Notes: a model not told the origin generated them from the letters alone. Counted from the stretch's first letter, positions 1-10,177 are shown. The stretch is DNA of 64,000 bases from an uncultured Chloroflexia bacterium (GCA_963707345.1 CAVPPE010000001.1:599025-663024), one strand, 5' to 3'. Made by a program: numbers and translations.

Positions 1-545
1 TGGCACTGGGCGGTATTCTGGCGGGGTGGTTGCTGTGGCAGGAGCGACTGGTTGCGGCGCTGGCGGGACTCTGGCCCGGCCGCTGGCGCTTTCGCTGGCT
101 GGAGGAGCTGGCCGGTGTCTACCAAGCAATCCTCGCCTGCCGCGGGGCACCGCTGCGAAAGGCATTGTGGGCTTCGCTGGGGGTAAACGTGACTGTGATT
201 GGCCTCAACTATGCGGCTGCAGTAGCGGTGGGAGTCCGGGTATCGTTGGGTTACTTTTTCCTCTTTGTGCCGCTCATTGCTCTTTCGCTGTTGGTGCCCA
301 TCTCCTGGGGGGGATTGGGCTTGCGAGAGGGGGTGACCGCGTTGTTATTTGCCTTTGCGGGTGTGAGCCGGCCGGAGGCGGTGGCCATGTCACTGATGGT
401 CTATCTGGTCAACACGGCGTTTAGCCTGTTGGGCGGAGCCATCTACCTGGAGACGGGCTTGTCCGGCCTACGTGATGATTCAGGCGTGGGCAAGAGTACA
501 CAAGAAAGTGAGCGAGGTGACCCCGATGACGGCAAGGGAAAATAA
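1..545 (+). CDS. Flippase-like / lysylphosphatidylglycerol-synthase TM-region family membrane protein (UPF0104-like), C-terminal part; 5' end lies outside the window
   Basis: Reading frame is open to the window start, stop at 543-545. Hydrophobic polytopic sequence (…FFLFVPLIALSLLVPISWGGLGLREGV…LVNTAFSLLGGAIYL) is typical of this family. Confidence 0.55.
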   Translation, partial: ALGGILAGWLLWQERLVAALAGLWPGRWRFRWLEELAGVYQAILACRGAPLRKALWASLGVNVTVIGLNYAAAVAVGVRVSLGYFFLFVPLIALSLLVPISWGGLGLREGVTALLFAFAGVSRPEAVAMSLMVYLVNTAFSLLGGAIYLETGLSGLRDDSGVGKSTQESERGDPDDGKGK

Positions 546-2812
546 ACCGGCCGGGACAAGCATGCGGTGGGGTTGGATTGCATTACCAACCTTGTGGGCT
601 GTTTTGGTCGGCGTGTTTTATTGGGATGTGTTGTGGGCCCCGGCCGACCAGATTTTGGCTGGCAATGACCTGGCCAACATGTTTCGGCCCTGGCTGGACT
701 ATGCCCGCTCACTCGTGCACCAGGGCGAACTGCCACTATGGAACCCGTATCTCTTTTCCGGTACCTCGTTTGTGGGGGACCCGCAGCCGGCGCTGTTTTA
801 TCCTCCCACTTGGCTGGCGCTGCTTGCGCCCACGACCCGAGCGCTGGGTTGGATGCTGGTGTTGCATATCTGGTGGGCGGGGCTGGGGGCAACACTGTGG
901 CTGCAAGAAGAGGGCGCTTCGTGGTGGGGCACACTGGCTGGCGCGGCCGTCTTTGCCTTCAGCGGCTATACCTTTGCCCGGGTGCAGGCCGGCCATCTGG
1001 GGGTTCTGACCACCGGCTCCTGGCTCCCTTGGGGGCTTCTGATGCTGCTCCGGGTGACCAAGGGGGAAGGCCGGCGCGGGCGATCTGCGGCCGTGGGGGC
1101 TGTGTGTGTGTCTATGGCACTTTTGGCCGGGCACACGGCTACCTTTGTCTATCTCGTCCTGTTGTGGGGCGCGTATGCCCTGTATCAGGTAAGGTCATCC
1201 CAAAAGGGGTGGCCGCGCAGCAGGCTGGTGTGGCCTGCAGTGATGGCAGTTGGCGGGCTGGCGCTGGCGTCGATTCAACTGTTCCCGTTGTTGGAGAACC
1301 TGGCTTCCAGCACCCGATTGGGAGCGTCCGACTATGCGTTTGCCTCCCGTTTTTCATGGCCCGTTGGCTACCTGATCACGCTGTTGGTGCCCAACTTTTT
1401 TGGGGAGCCGGTGCAAACCGGCTACTGGGGTGAAGGGGTTTACGACGAACTCGTTCTTTACGTAGGCGTGCTACCACTGCTGCTTATGCTGGTCGCCGGC
1501 CGGCAACGGCGCAGCCGCTTCTGGCTGGCAGTCGGTGGCCTGTCGTTGCTGGCGGCGTTTGGCAGCTATGGCATTCTCCACCGATTGTTGTACCGGTTAA
1601 TCCCGCTGTTTTCGGGGCTGCGCGCGCCGGCCCGCGCCGGCTTGCTGTTTACCGTCGGCGCGGCCGCGCTGACCGCGCTGGCCGTAACGGCGCTCCAGCA
1701 ATCGGAGAGCAAAGAACGCGGTAGGTTGTTGTCGCCGGTCAGCCGGCCGCTGACGGCTGGCGTGTTAGCATCTGCCGCTCTGGTGACGGTGGCCGGGTAT
1801 ATGCTGTACGCGTGGGGGCGGGAGAGCAACCCGGCCGCCGGGCGCATGTGGCACCTTGCCGGACAGGTAGCCGCCTTTGGCCTCTTTTTCGCGTTGGCGG
1901 CCGGCTGGCTGCACCTGTGGCGCCGCGAGAGCCCCTCCCGCTGGCTGCCTGCCCTGGCTCTGGGGTTGGTGCTCTTGGATCTATGGACCCTGGGTGCCGG
2001 GCTGGTCCGTCTGGTTCCCGCCCCGCCCAGCGCGTACTGGCGTATTGTCGACGCACACACGGATGCAGCTAGTGGCCGGGTGCTGCCGTGGGGCCTGGAT
2101 ATCTTTGAACAGAACGGTGCGCTGGATTACGATGTGCGCAGCGTCTTTGGCTACAATCCGCTAGAAGATGCCCAATATAACCAGCTCACCACGGCCGTGC
2201 CCGATCCACGCGCTCGGGCCTATGATCTACTTCAACGTGCGCTACGTGGTGACCAAATCGCCGCTGGAATTGAGCCAGGGCGACACCCTTTCCCTGTTGG
2301 CTGAAGAAAGTGGCGTGTTTATCTACGAACGCGCTACGGCGTTGCCATCGGCTTGGATAGTTACTCACCTGGAGTCGGTTGGGGAGGATGATTGGCTGGC
2401 ACGCGTCAACGCCGCTGATTTTGACCCATGGCAAACCGCGCTGGTAGAGCCGGATGCCAACTGTGGGCACGCGGCCGGCCAGCCGGCCGGCGACGTTATC
2501 GTCACAACGTACTTGCCAAACCGGATTGTTGCCCGCACCCAAGGGGAAGGAGGGCTGGCTGTGTTCAGCGAGCGTTTTGTGCCTGGGTGGAACGCAACGC
2601 TGGATGGCGAATCGGTGTCACTGCTGCGTGCGAATGGGGTGTTGAGGGCTGTGTGCGTCCCGGCCGGCGGGCACACGATCGAGTTTAGCTACAGACCACT
2701 GTCACTTCGTGTAGGGGCGATTGTGACCGGGTTGGCGCTGTTTTCGCTGGCGGCCATGGGATTGGCAGGGGGGCGAAGGCGTCCGCCTGGCTCACCAATT
2801 GGTGTTGACTGA
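526..2812 (+). CDS. YfhO-family polytopic membrane protein (glycosyl-transferase-like), interrupted by an apparent +1 frameshift near 2233
   Basis: ORFs 472..2304 (frame 1) and 2168..2812 (frame 2) join as …ARAYDLL|NVRYVVTKSPLEL…. The C-terminus (VPGWNATLDGESV…GGHTIEFSYRP + TM) is YfhO-like. ATG 526 has GAGGTG 6 nt upstream. Span length is 3n+1. Confidence 0.8.
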
Positions 2813-3253
2813 AACGCCCAAATGTTTGAGCGTATGCTCCTGCGCGGCCCACATGACCGCTTTTTCCTGCTCTTCCGCGTGGTCGTATCCCAGCAGGTGC
2901 AGCGTGCCATGCACCACCAGCAACTGGAGTTCCGCCTCGGATAGGTGCCCGGCCGCAGCTGCCTGTGCTCGCGCGCGGGGCAGGCTAATGGCGATGTCGC
3001 CAAAATAGAGTGGCTGGTCCGGCAGAGTAGGTCCGGAACGTCCGGCCGGGAAAGCGAGGACGTCAGTGGCGGCGTCAATTCCCAGGTAGGCTCTGTTCAA
3101 CTCGGCCAGCCGGTCGTCGGTGGTAATCAGGATGGTCAGTTCGCCGGCCGGCGCTTTTTGATGGCTCAACGTGGCCTGGGCGGCCGCTGTCAGCAACTCG
3201 GCCGGGACCGTGTCAGCTATCTCCTCGTCCACCGTTAGCTCAACCGCGTACAT
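2792..3253 (-). CDS. ybeY: rRNA maturation endoribonuclease YbeY
   Basis: 153 aa with the HGTLHLLGYDH metal-binding motif. Its stop overlaps the convergent YfhO 3' end. Confidence 0.93.
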   Translation of the reverse strand: MYAVELTVDEEIADTVPAELLTAAAQATLSHQKAPAGELTILITTDDRLAELNRAYLGIDAATDVLAFPAGRSGPTLPDQPLYFGDIAISLPRARAQAAAAGHLSEAELQLLVVHGTLHLLGYDHAEEQEKAVMWAAQEHTLKHLGVSVNTNW

Positions 3254-3254
3254 C

Positions 3255-5420
3255 TCATTCCTCTTCCTGTGCAGCTAACGGGTCCTCGGCCGGTGCTTCC
3301 TTTGTCAACTTGGCGGCCGCCGGCGGGGTCAACTGGTCAGAGGTGCGCTGGCCAGGGTAGCGCGGCCGGGCGTGAAAGCGGCCCTGCAGCGAGTCTGCAA
3401 AGCTGTCTTTGATAGCTTGCAGGTCCCCCAGAGTCAGTCCCAACTCGTCCAGTTCACCCTCCAGCGCGATCTCGTTGACAATCTGGTCAACCAGCTTTTC
3501 AATTTCCTCTTCGGTGCGGCTTTGCATGGCCGTCGAGGCAGCCTCGCACGAGTTGGCCAGCAAAACGATGGCGGTCTCCTTGCTCTGCGGTTTAGGTCCT
3601 GGGTATTTAAAGTCCTCTTCTTTAACCAGGTTGGCGTCCTCGGCCGTCTTGAGTGCCTGATGGAAGAAAAACCGGATCGTGCGCGTGCCTTGGTGTTCGG
3701 GGATAAACGCCCGAATCCGATCCGGGATTTTGAACCGTCTGGCAAGGTCCAACCCATCCTGCACGTGACTGGCGATGGTCTGGGCGCTGGTGCGCGGGTC
3801 CAGCCGGGAATGGGCGTTGGCTCCGTCCTGATTCTCGGTGAAAAAATACGGCCGAGCGATTTTGCCCACGTCGTGGTAAAAGGAGCCGACCCGCACCAGG
3901 TCGGCGTCAGCGCTAATCCGGCGGGCGGCCTGCTCTGCCAGATTGGCGACCATCAGACTGTGGTGGTAGGTGCCGGGAGCCTGGCTCAGCAGTTCTTGCA
4001 GCAACGGATGGTCAAGCCGGGCCAACTCCTGCAGTTGCAGCGAGGTCAGGACGTTAAAGAGGTTGCCGATGACGAAAAAGCCAGTGAGCGTGATGCCGGC
4101 CGAAAAGAGGCCGTTCGCAAAGCTGACGCCGGTCAGTTGCAGGATGCCCAGCAGATCCGAGTCATTGAGGCGGTAAATGAGGATGACGCAGGTGTTGACA
4201 ACACCAACCAGGATGCCAACTCGGAAAAAGCTGCTCAGGCGGGGTGATTTACGCAGCACCAGCGCTGATAGGATGCCGGCCACGGCCGCATAGACCGTCA
4301 ATTCCAGCGAACTACCGGCGACAAATCCCACCAGCGCAGCCAGACAGACGGTGATAGCGATGGCCAGATTGGCGTCGAACAGGACTGTGATAAGCATGGC
4401 GAGCCCGGCCGAGGGAAAGAGAAACGGCAGCAATGCCCGGCCGGGAACCAGTAGCTTGGCGCCCAGCGAAAAAATCACCAGCAATAGCGAGATGAGTAGC
4501 ATGTGGCGGCCGCTGGCCAGGAAGTCCGGGTTGAACCGCTCGATATACAGCCCCAGCAAGGTTACAATTAGCACCACGGCGATAAAGTAGGTGATGCTGT
4601 CCTTCCAGTCCGTCTCGCTCTGCATCAATCCGAATTGCTGCATGGCCTCGATATCGGCCTCGTCGATGACCTCTTCTTGCCGCACGATGACCGAGTTGGG
4701 GTCGAACGATTGCTGGACCGACTCGACCGTGTCGGCTGCTTGCTGGCGGTACTGCTCTGTGAGCTGGGGGTTAAAGGTCGAATTGGGCACAATTAGTTGC
4801 TGTGCCAACGCCGTCACCACGGCCGCCTCGTTCTCGGCTAGTCCCAACGGAACCAGGAGCGGGATGGCAGCCTGGGCTTCTTCGATGCGGTCCTCTCGAA
4901 TCTGCTCTCGCATGGCTTCATCCACCACGTTTAGCGTTTCCTGGCGCACGGTTTCCCACTGGATTGTGGAAAGGTTGAGCAGCGTGTTTAGTGTTTGATC
5001 ATCCAGTTCCAGTTCCGGCACGGCGTTGATATAGTCTTTCTGGCGCTCCCGGCCGGCCAGCGTGTCCCCCCGCACCGTCTCGATAAAGTCAACAACGAGG
5101 CGCGCCTTGCTCACCTGGGATCGGGCGACGCGCATGTCGGGTGGGTTGTAGATATCCCGCACACTGGCAATAGCTTCCTGTTTCGCTTTTTCCGTCAGCA
5201 CCTGCGAGACATAGGTGATGCCGCGCGGGGCAAATACGTCCTCCGGAGCTGTGTCACCAACTTGCAGATCCAGTTGGGGTGCGGGCAGGATGTCAAAGGT
5301 GAGAATGAGGGTGAGCGATACCACCAGCAGCAGGCCGAACACGGCCGGCCGGACCTTGCCTAGCCAGCGAGTTGCTGGCGGCACAGGGCTATGTCGTGCT
5401 GGATGGGAAGGCGCTGCCAT
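3255..5420 (-). CDS. 7TM receptor with intracellular HD/HDIG phosphohydrolase domain (PgpH-like)
   Basis: 721 aa: N-terminal extracellular region, 7 TM helices, then an HD domain (YHHSLMVANLAE…FYHDVGKI). Sits directly upstream of ybeY, as in many bacteria. Confidence 0.88.
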   Translation of the reverse strand: MAAPSHPARHSPVPPATRWLGKVRPAVFGLLLVVSLTLILTFDILPAPQLDLQVGDTAPEDVFAPRGITYVSQVLTEKAKQEAIASVRDIYNPPDMRVARSQVSKARLVVDFIETVRGDTLAGRERQKDYINAVPELELDDQTLNTLLNLSTIQWETVRQETLNVVDEAMREQIREDRIEEAQAAIPLLVPLGLAENEAAVVTALAQQLIVPNSTFNPQLTEQYRQQAADTVESVQQSFDPNSVIVRQEEVIDEADIEAMQQFGLMQSETDWKDSITYFIAVVLIVTLLGLYIERFNPDFLASGRHMLLISLLLVIFSLGAKLLVPGRALLPFLFPSAGLAMLITVLFDANLAIAITVCLAALVGFVAGSSLELTVYAAVAGILSALVLRKSPRLSSFFRVGILVGVVNTCVILIYRLNDSDLLGILQLTGVSFANGLFSAGITLTGFFVIGNLFNVLTSLQLQELARLDHPLLQELLSQAPGTYHHSLMVANLAEQAARRISADADLVRVGSFYHDVGKIARPYFFTENQDGANAHSRLDPRTSAQTIASHVQDGLDLARRFKIPDRIRAFIPEHQGTRTIRFFFHQALKTAEDANLVKEEDFKYPGPKPQSKETAIVLLANSCEAASTAMQSRTEEEIEKLVDQIVNEIALEGELDELGLTLGDLQAIKDSFADSLQGRFHARPRYPGQRTSDQLTPPAAAKLTKEAPAEDPLAAQEEE

Positions 5421-5428
5421 CAGGTCGG

Positions 5429-5878
5429 CTAGTTGCCCAGCTGCCGGCGCACGATCTGGTTGACCAGCTTTCCGTCGGCTCGCCCCTGAAACTCGGCCAT
5501 CATCTCTTTCATCACGGCTCCAATGGCTTTCGGGCCGCTCAGGCCTAGCTCGGTAATGATCACCTGGGCGCGCGTCGCAATCTCGCCCTCTGTTGCCTGG
5601 GCGGGCAGATAGGCTTCAATGACACCCAGCTCGGCCTGCTCGGCCGCGGCGGCCGCCGGGTTGCCGGCGGCCGTATAGTCGTGGATGCTCTCCAGCCGCT
5701 TCTTGGCCTCCTTTTGCAGCAGCGACAAAAGTTCCTGGTCGTCCAGTGTAGTTTGCTGATCCACTTCCGCCTGCTTGATGGCTGCCAGGACCAGGCGCAA
5801 TGTGTCGCGTCGCAGCCGGTCACCGGAGCGCATTGCCTCCTTCACGTCGTTGGTGAGTATCTCTTTAATGGTGGGCAT
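5429..5878 (-). CDS. GatB/YqeY domain-containing protein
   Basis: 149 aa. The N-terminus (MPTIKEILTNDVKEAMRSGDRLRRDTLRLVLAAIKQAEVD) matches the YqeY family pattern. Confidence 0.88.
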   Translation of the reverse strand: MPTIKEILTNDVKEAMRSGDRLRRDTLRLVLAAIKQAEVDQQTTLDDQELLSLLQKEAKKRLESIHDYTAAGNPAAAAAEQAELGVIEAYLPAQATEGEIATRAQVIITELGLSGPKAIGAVMKEMMAEFQGRADGKLVNQIVRRQLGN

Positions 5879-5899
5879 GATGGCCTCCTTGCGGCCGGG

Positions 5900-6385
5900 T
5901 TAGAGTTTGTAGCCAATCTGGCGCAGGAACCCTTTGCGCCACGCGATGTCTTCATCGCCTTCCACCCCCGTGGGACTGGAGCCATCCACCACACCCAGGA
6001 TGCCGCGCCCTTGCTCTGCTTGCGCCACGATGACCTGGGTAGGGTTGGCGGTGGCGCAAAAGATCCGGCAGACCTCCGGCACTATCTTGATGGCGTTGAG
6101 CACGTTGATGGGGTAAAAGCCTTCGGCCAGGAAGAGGATAAATGAGTGCCCGGCCGCAATCGCCTGCGCGTTCTGTTTGGCTAGCTCGATCATTGCTGCG
6201 TCGGTGCCGGTCCAGCGGATCAGGCATTTGCCGGATGCTTCACAGAACGCCATGCCGAATTTGATCCCTGGCACGGCCGAGACCAACGTTTCGTGGATGT
6301 CTTCCACGGTCTTGATAAAGTGGGATTGGCCGAGGATAAAGTTGACGGCTTCCGGTTTTTCAATGCTGACAGTGGTCAAATACAT
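5900..6385 (-). CDS. Adenosine-specific kinase family protein (Pfam Adenosine_kin-like)
   Basis: 161 aa with GQSHFIKTVEDIHE…IKFGMAFCEASG…AGHSF…FYPINVLNAIK…ATANP…RKGFLRQIGYK, characteristic of that family. Confidence 0.75.
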   Translation of the reverse strand: MYLTTVSIEKPEAVNFILGQSHFIKTVEDIHETLVSAVPGIKFGMAFCEASGKCLIRWTGTDAAMIELAKQNAQAIAAGHSFILFLAEGFYPINVLNAIKIVPEVCRIFCATANPTQVIVAQAEQGRGILGVVDGSSPTGVEGDEDIAWRKGFLRQIGYKL

Positions 6386-6415
6386 GCTCGACTTCTCCTT
6401 TGGTCGGCGTTCCAG

Positions 6416-6766
6416 CTATCCTGGGGGCCAACCCATCGCCCGGCCGCCCAGCAGGTGAAAGTGCAGGTGAAAGACGCTCTGGCCTGCCCGGCGGCCGTTG
6501 TTGGTCACCAGCCGAAAGTGCTCCCCAACTCCCTCGGCCGCCGCAACCTGGGCGGCCGCCAGCAGCAGTTGCCCCAGCACCGCCTGGTCGGCCGGTCCGG
6601 CCGCTGCCACGTTGGTGATGTGTTTGCGCGGGATGACCAGGATGTGCACCGGTGCGTCCGGGTTGATGTCGCGAAAGGCCATTACGTGGTCGTCCTGATA
6701 GACCACATCGGCCGGGCTGCGCCCAAGGGCAATGCGGCAAAAAACACAATGGACTGCCTCGCTCAT
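6416..6766 (-). CDS. HIT (histidine triad) family nucleotide hydrolase
   Basis: HLHFHLLGG histidine-triad motif and an N-terminal CVFC. I place the start at the internal ATG (MSEAVHCVFC) because the longer ORF would overlap the upstream gene. Confidence 0.9.
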   Translation of the reverse strand: MSEAVHCVFCRIALGRSPADVVYQDDHVMAFRDINPDAPVHILVIPRKHITNVAAAGPADQAVLGQLLLAAAQVAAAEGVGEHFRLVTNNGRRAGQSVFHLHFHLLGGRAMGWPPG

Positions 6767-6779
6767 CCTGTCTCCCGGT

Positions 6780-8768
6780 CTAGCGCAAAAGGTGGAGCCA
6801 ATGGTCCACCAAGTCTGCTTCACTCAGATCTGATTCCAGCAACCATCCTAGCACAGAGGCGCAATCTTGGCAAAAACGATAGCTGTCGGCCGTGTCCACC
6901 TTTTGCTGCGGCGGCCAGCGGTGGTTTGCTTCTGCTCCGGCCGGGGCCAGCACCAGCACCGCGTCGTGCTTGAGCGAGCGCAGGTTGGCGATATGCACCG
7001 AGACCGGGTTTTCGGAGAGGACGACATACCGGTTGACCAGCCGGAACCCGGCCCGTTTGAGCGCCAGGGTAAGCGCGGCCCAGCCGAGTGGGTTCCAATG
7101 GTGATAGGTAAAGACCAGCCGGCCGTGTTCTTTTTTCAGCACCCGGCCGCATTCGGCCAGGATCTGGCTCAAGATGGCAGTGTACTGCCCCTCAGGCCCG
7201 CCGTTGGTGTGCGGGTCCACCGCCGACTGGCGCAGATCAATTGCCCAATCCGCTGCCTCCGGCAGCAGTCGCGCCAGCCAGACGTGAAAGAACTGGGCCA
7301 GGTCGCTGTATTGGACGCTGTCGTAATAGGGTGGATCGGTGACCACCGCGTCCACGCTGCTATCGTCCAGCGGGAGTTGGGCAGAAGAGCCCTGAATCAG
7401 AAAGAAGCGACGGGCTCCCTCGTTCAGGTCGGCCGGCGTGTGAACCTCGTGCCCCCAATCCACCTCACTCTCTATTGCGACCTTGCCCGGCCGGCCCTGG
7501 AGCTTGGGGCGCACGTCGCGTTCCACTGGCCGTTCGGCCCAGCGGCGGGCGCGGCGCACCCGGTCGTGGAACAGCTTTTCCAGCGTGCCGGAACTGCGCT
7601 GCGGATAGAGCGGGTTATTCTCCAGCGCGGTGTAGGGGAACGAGTAAGCGTGGTGGGCAAAGGTGTGGCGGATGGCCCCCGGCCGGCTCCGGCTGCCCCC
7701 CTTGTAGCCGCAGAGCAGCGCGTTGAACTCCAGCGAGGTCGAGATTAGCAACCCCAGGTTCAGGTGCACGGCCTCCAACTCCACGCCAGGGAGCAAGCGG
7801 ATGGCGTGCTGCAGATAGAGCAGTTGGCGGCTGGTGAAGAGGTCGAGGTAGGAGTGAATCCCGCGGCGCAGCAAGTCGGCCGATTTGGGGCCGGGCAGGA
7901 CGGCGAATTGTTCGGCCGGCAGGTCGGGTCGGGCGGCGTTCGCCTGCGCCAGCAAATCCAGGTCGGCCGGGGAGGGGGCCGCAAAGGTCACCCCATGCTC
8001 CGGGCAGGTGGCGACCACCGCCAGCGGCCGGTAGCGGGTATAATAGGGTTGGCGGGTGTCCTCCCGGTACCGCTGCCCACAGGTGGGACAGGTGCGGCGC
8101 TTGCGCTCAACGATGGGCGGCCGCGCATCCGCGCTGTCGCGGGGATGGGCCGGCGGGCACTGGCAGGCCGCATCACCGCGGACCACGGCGTGGCAGTGTG
8201 GGCACAGGCGCACGATGGTCCCATCCGACTCGTGACGCAGCGCCAGCGAATCCACCAGCACGGCCGGGCCACACCCGCAGCGCCGCTCCGCGCCATAGAG
8301 CACAAACTGCAATTCGACCGGCCGGGCGCAAGCCGGGCAGGCGGTGCGGAACAGCGGCGACAATTCCTCCCGCAACCGGCTCATCAGCCAGGTAAACGCG
8401 TTTTCCAGTTTCCCAAGTTCGATTCGGGTGAGTGAGGCGCGAGCTTGCAGTACCGGGATGGGGTCCAGGTCCGCCCCGATCACGTTCGCGCCCAGCCGGA
8501 CCGCCTCGTGCAGCGTCGTGCCGCCCCCCATCATCGGGTCCAGGATCAGCTTTCCATCCAGCCCTCCGGCCGCATAGTAATCCCGTTGCGCCGGATCGTC
8601 CGCCAGCCCCTTGAGGATCAGGCGAAAGGTGCTGCCGCAGCGCCGCGCCCACCACTTGTGCAGGTAGCTGTTCGGCCGATAGTGGTGCTTGTTGTAGCAT
8701 TCCAGCCGGGCCATCTCGTTGGCCTGCCCGGCCGGGAACTGGCTGTCAATGACCGGAGGCGAGGTCAT
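6780..8768 (-). CDS. Orphan DNA methyltransferase with inserted Zn-ribbon Cys clusters (COG1743/DUF1156-like, N6-adenine or N4-cytosine type)
   Basis: 662 aa. Contains the N-terminal HKWWARR motif, an AdoMet motif I (LDPMMGGGTT), several CxxC pairs (CPACARP, CGCGP, CPHCH, CQCP, CPTCG) and a C-terminal catalytic VVTDPPYYD. Its start overlaps the mtaB stop by 4 nt. Confidence 0.8.
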   Translation of the reverse strand: MTSPPVIDSQFPAGQANEMARLECYNKHHYRPNSYLHKWWARRCGSTFRLILKGLADDPAQRDYYAAGGLDGKLILDPMMGGGTTLHEAVRLGANVIGADLDPIPVLQARASLTRIELGKLENAFTWLMSRLREELSPLFRTACPACARPVELQFVLYGAERRCGCGPAVLVDSLALRHESDGTIVRLCPHCHAVVRGDAACQCPPAHPRDSADARPPIVERKRRTCPTCGQRYREDTRQPYYTRYRPLAVVATCPEHGVTFAAPSPADLDLLAQANAARPDLPAEQFAVLPGPKSADLLRRGIHSYLDLFTSRQLLYLQHAIRLLPGVELEAVHLNLGLLISTSLEFNALLCGYKGGSRSRPGAIRHTFAHHAYSFPYTALENNPLYPQRSSGTLEKLFHDRVRRARRWAERPVERDVRPKLQGRPGKVAIESEVDWGHEVHTPADLNEGARRFFLIQGSSAQLPLDDSSVDAVVTDPPYYDSVQYSDLAQFFHVWLARLLPEAADWAIDLRQSAVDPHTNGGPEGQYTAILSQILAECGRVLKKEHGRLVFTYHHWNPLGWAALTLALKRAGFRLVNRYVVLSENPVSVHIANLRSLKHDAVLVLAPAGAEANHRWPPQQKVDTADSYRFCQDCASVLGWLLESDLSEADLVDHWLHLLR

Positions 8769-10093
8769 GGGGCGGTCAGCACCTGTCCGACTATCTCACC
8801 CGGCCGGAGTTCTACCAGCAGGGTGGGGGTGATGGTGTTGCGCAATTGCCCCATGCGGGCGGCGGATGGCCATCCGGCCGTACCAGCGGCCGTTACCGGG
8901 ATGTAATTATCCGTGTGCCCGCGCCAGCGCCCGCCACCGGCCGGTGATTCCCACAGCACGTCCATCGTCCGGCCAAGGAAGCGGCGCAGAAAGGCCTCCT
9001 GTTTCTCGGCGCCCAGCGAGCGCATCTGCTGGCTGCGCCCCCGGATAACCGCGGCCGGAAGCTGCCCCGCCATCTGTGCCGCGACCGTGCCCGGCCGGGG
9101 CGAGTAACCAAAGACGTGCAACCGCGCAAAGGGAATCTCCCCCACCAGCGCCATGCTTTCCTCGAATTCATCCTCGGTTTCGCCGGGAAAGCCGACGATC
9201 AGGTCGGTGGTCAGGGCTAGGTCCGGGATGGCCTCCAGCGCGGCCGCCGCCAGAGCCCGGTACGCGTCCGGCGAGGTCTGGCGGGCCATCCGCCGCAGCA
9301 CCCCGGCCGAGCCGCTCTGCAGCGGCAGGTGCAACTGGCGGCAGAGGCGCGGGTTTTGCCAGAGCTGATAAAAGCCCGGCTGCAGGTCCCACGGCTCCAG
9401 CGAGGAGAGACGCAGCCGCGGGATAGAGCTCCGGGCCAGGATGGCCTGCACGAGGTTCGATAGGTTTGGCCTTGCAGGTTTGCCCGCGCCCTGCGCGTCC
9501 TGGCCGTAGCTACCCAGGTGCACGCCGGTCAGCACCACCTCCTGATAACCGGCCGCCTCCAGCGCCTGGATCTCCGCCACCACCTCCGGCAGCGGCCGGC
9601 TGACGCCCGGCCCGCGGGCGAGGGTGGTGATGCAATAGCTGCAGGCGTTGTCGCAGCCGTCCTGCGCTTTGACAAAGGCGCGCGTCCGACCGCCGGGCAG
9701 CGGCCAATGTGGGTCAACCGGCGGGTCGGTGTCCGGTGCGATGAGGGCGAGCAGTTGCTCCTTGGCCGCGTTGTCCACCACCTGTGTTGTTGCGGGCAGG
9801 TCGGCCGTTGCGGCGGCCGGGTCCAGCGTGGCGTAGCAACCGGTGAGGATCATCTGCGCGTCAGGATTGGCGCGCTGCAGGCGCCGGGCCGCCTGACGCG
9901 ATTTGCGCTCCGCTTCGCCGGTCACGGCGCAGGTATTGAGGACAAACAGGTCGGCCGCGGCCGGGTCGCGGACCAGTTGAAAGTTCCGGCCGGCCAGTTG
10001 GCGCGCCAAGCTGTCCATTTCGCTCTGGTTGAGCCGGCACCCGATTGAGTGGAGAAAAACGTGCGCGGAGCCTAGTTTGGGGTCATCTGCCAT
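8765..10093 (-). CDS. mtaB: Radical-SAM methylthiotransferase, MiaB/RimO family (MtaB-like tRNA t6A37 methylthiotransferase)
   Basis: 442 aa with an N-terminal MTTase domain (FLHSIGCRLNQSE…NTCAVT), a radical-SAM CxxxCxxC (CDNACSYC) and a TRAM-like C-terminus. Confidence 0.85.
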   Translation of the reverse strand: MADDPKLGSAHVFLHSIGCRLNQSEMDSLARQLAGRNFQLVRDPAAADLFVLNTCAVTGEAERKSRQAARRLQRANPDAQMILTGCYATLDPAAATADLPATTQVVDNAAKEQLLALIAPDTDPPVDPHWPLPGGRTRAFVKAQDGCDNACSYCITTLARGPGVSRPLPEVVAEIQALEAAGYQEVVLTGVHLGSYGQDAQGAGKPARPNLSNLVQAILARSSIPRLRLSSLEPWDLQPGFYQLWQNPRLCRQLHLPLQSGSAGVLRRMARQTSPDAYRALAAAALEAIPDLALTTDLIVGFPGETEDEFEESMALVGEIPFARLHVFGYSPRPGTVAAQMAGQLPAAVIRGRSQQMRSLGAEKQEAFLRRFLGRTMDVLWESPAGGGRWRGHTDNYIPVTAAGTAGWPSAARMGQLRNTITPTLLVELRPGEIVGQVLTAP

Positions 10094-10102
10094 CTCGGCC
10101 GC

Positions 10103-10131
10103 ATTCTACCACACGCGGCCGGGTTTGTCGA
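10103..10131 (-). promoter_or_regulatory. Promoter of mtaB: TCGACA -35, 17-nt spacer, extended -10 TGGTAGAAT; implies a leaderless or near-leaderless mRNA
   Basis: Minus strand reads TCGACAaacccggccgcgtgTGGTAGAATgcggccgagATG. Only 9 nt separate the -10 from the ATG at 10093 and there is no Shine-Dalgarno. Confidence 0.55.
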
Positions 10132-10177
10132 CGCCGCAAAATCCCAGGCGAGACGCGTGCATGCACACAGATTCCAT

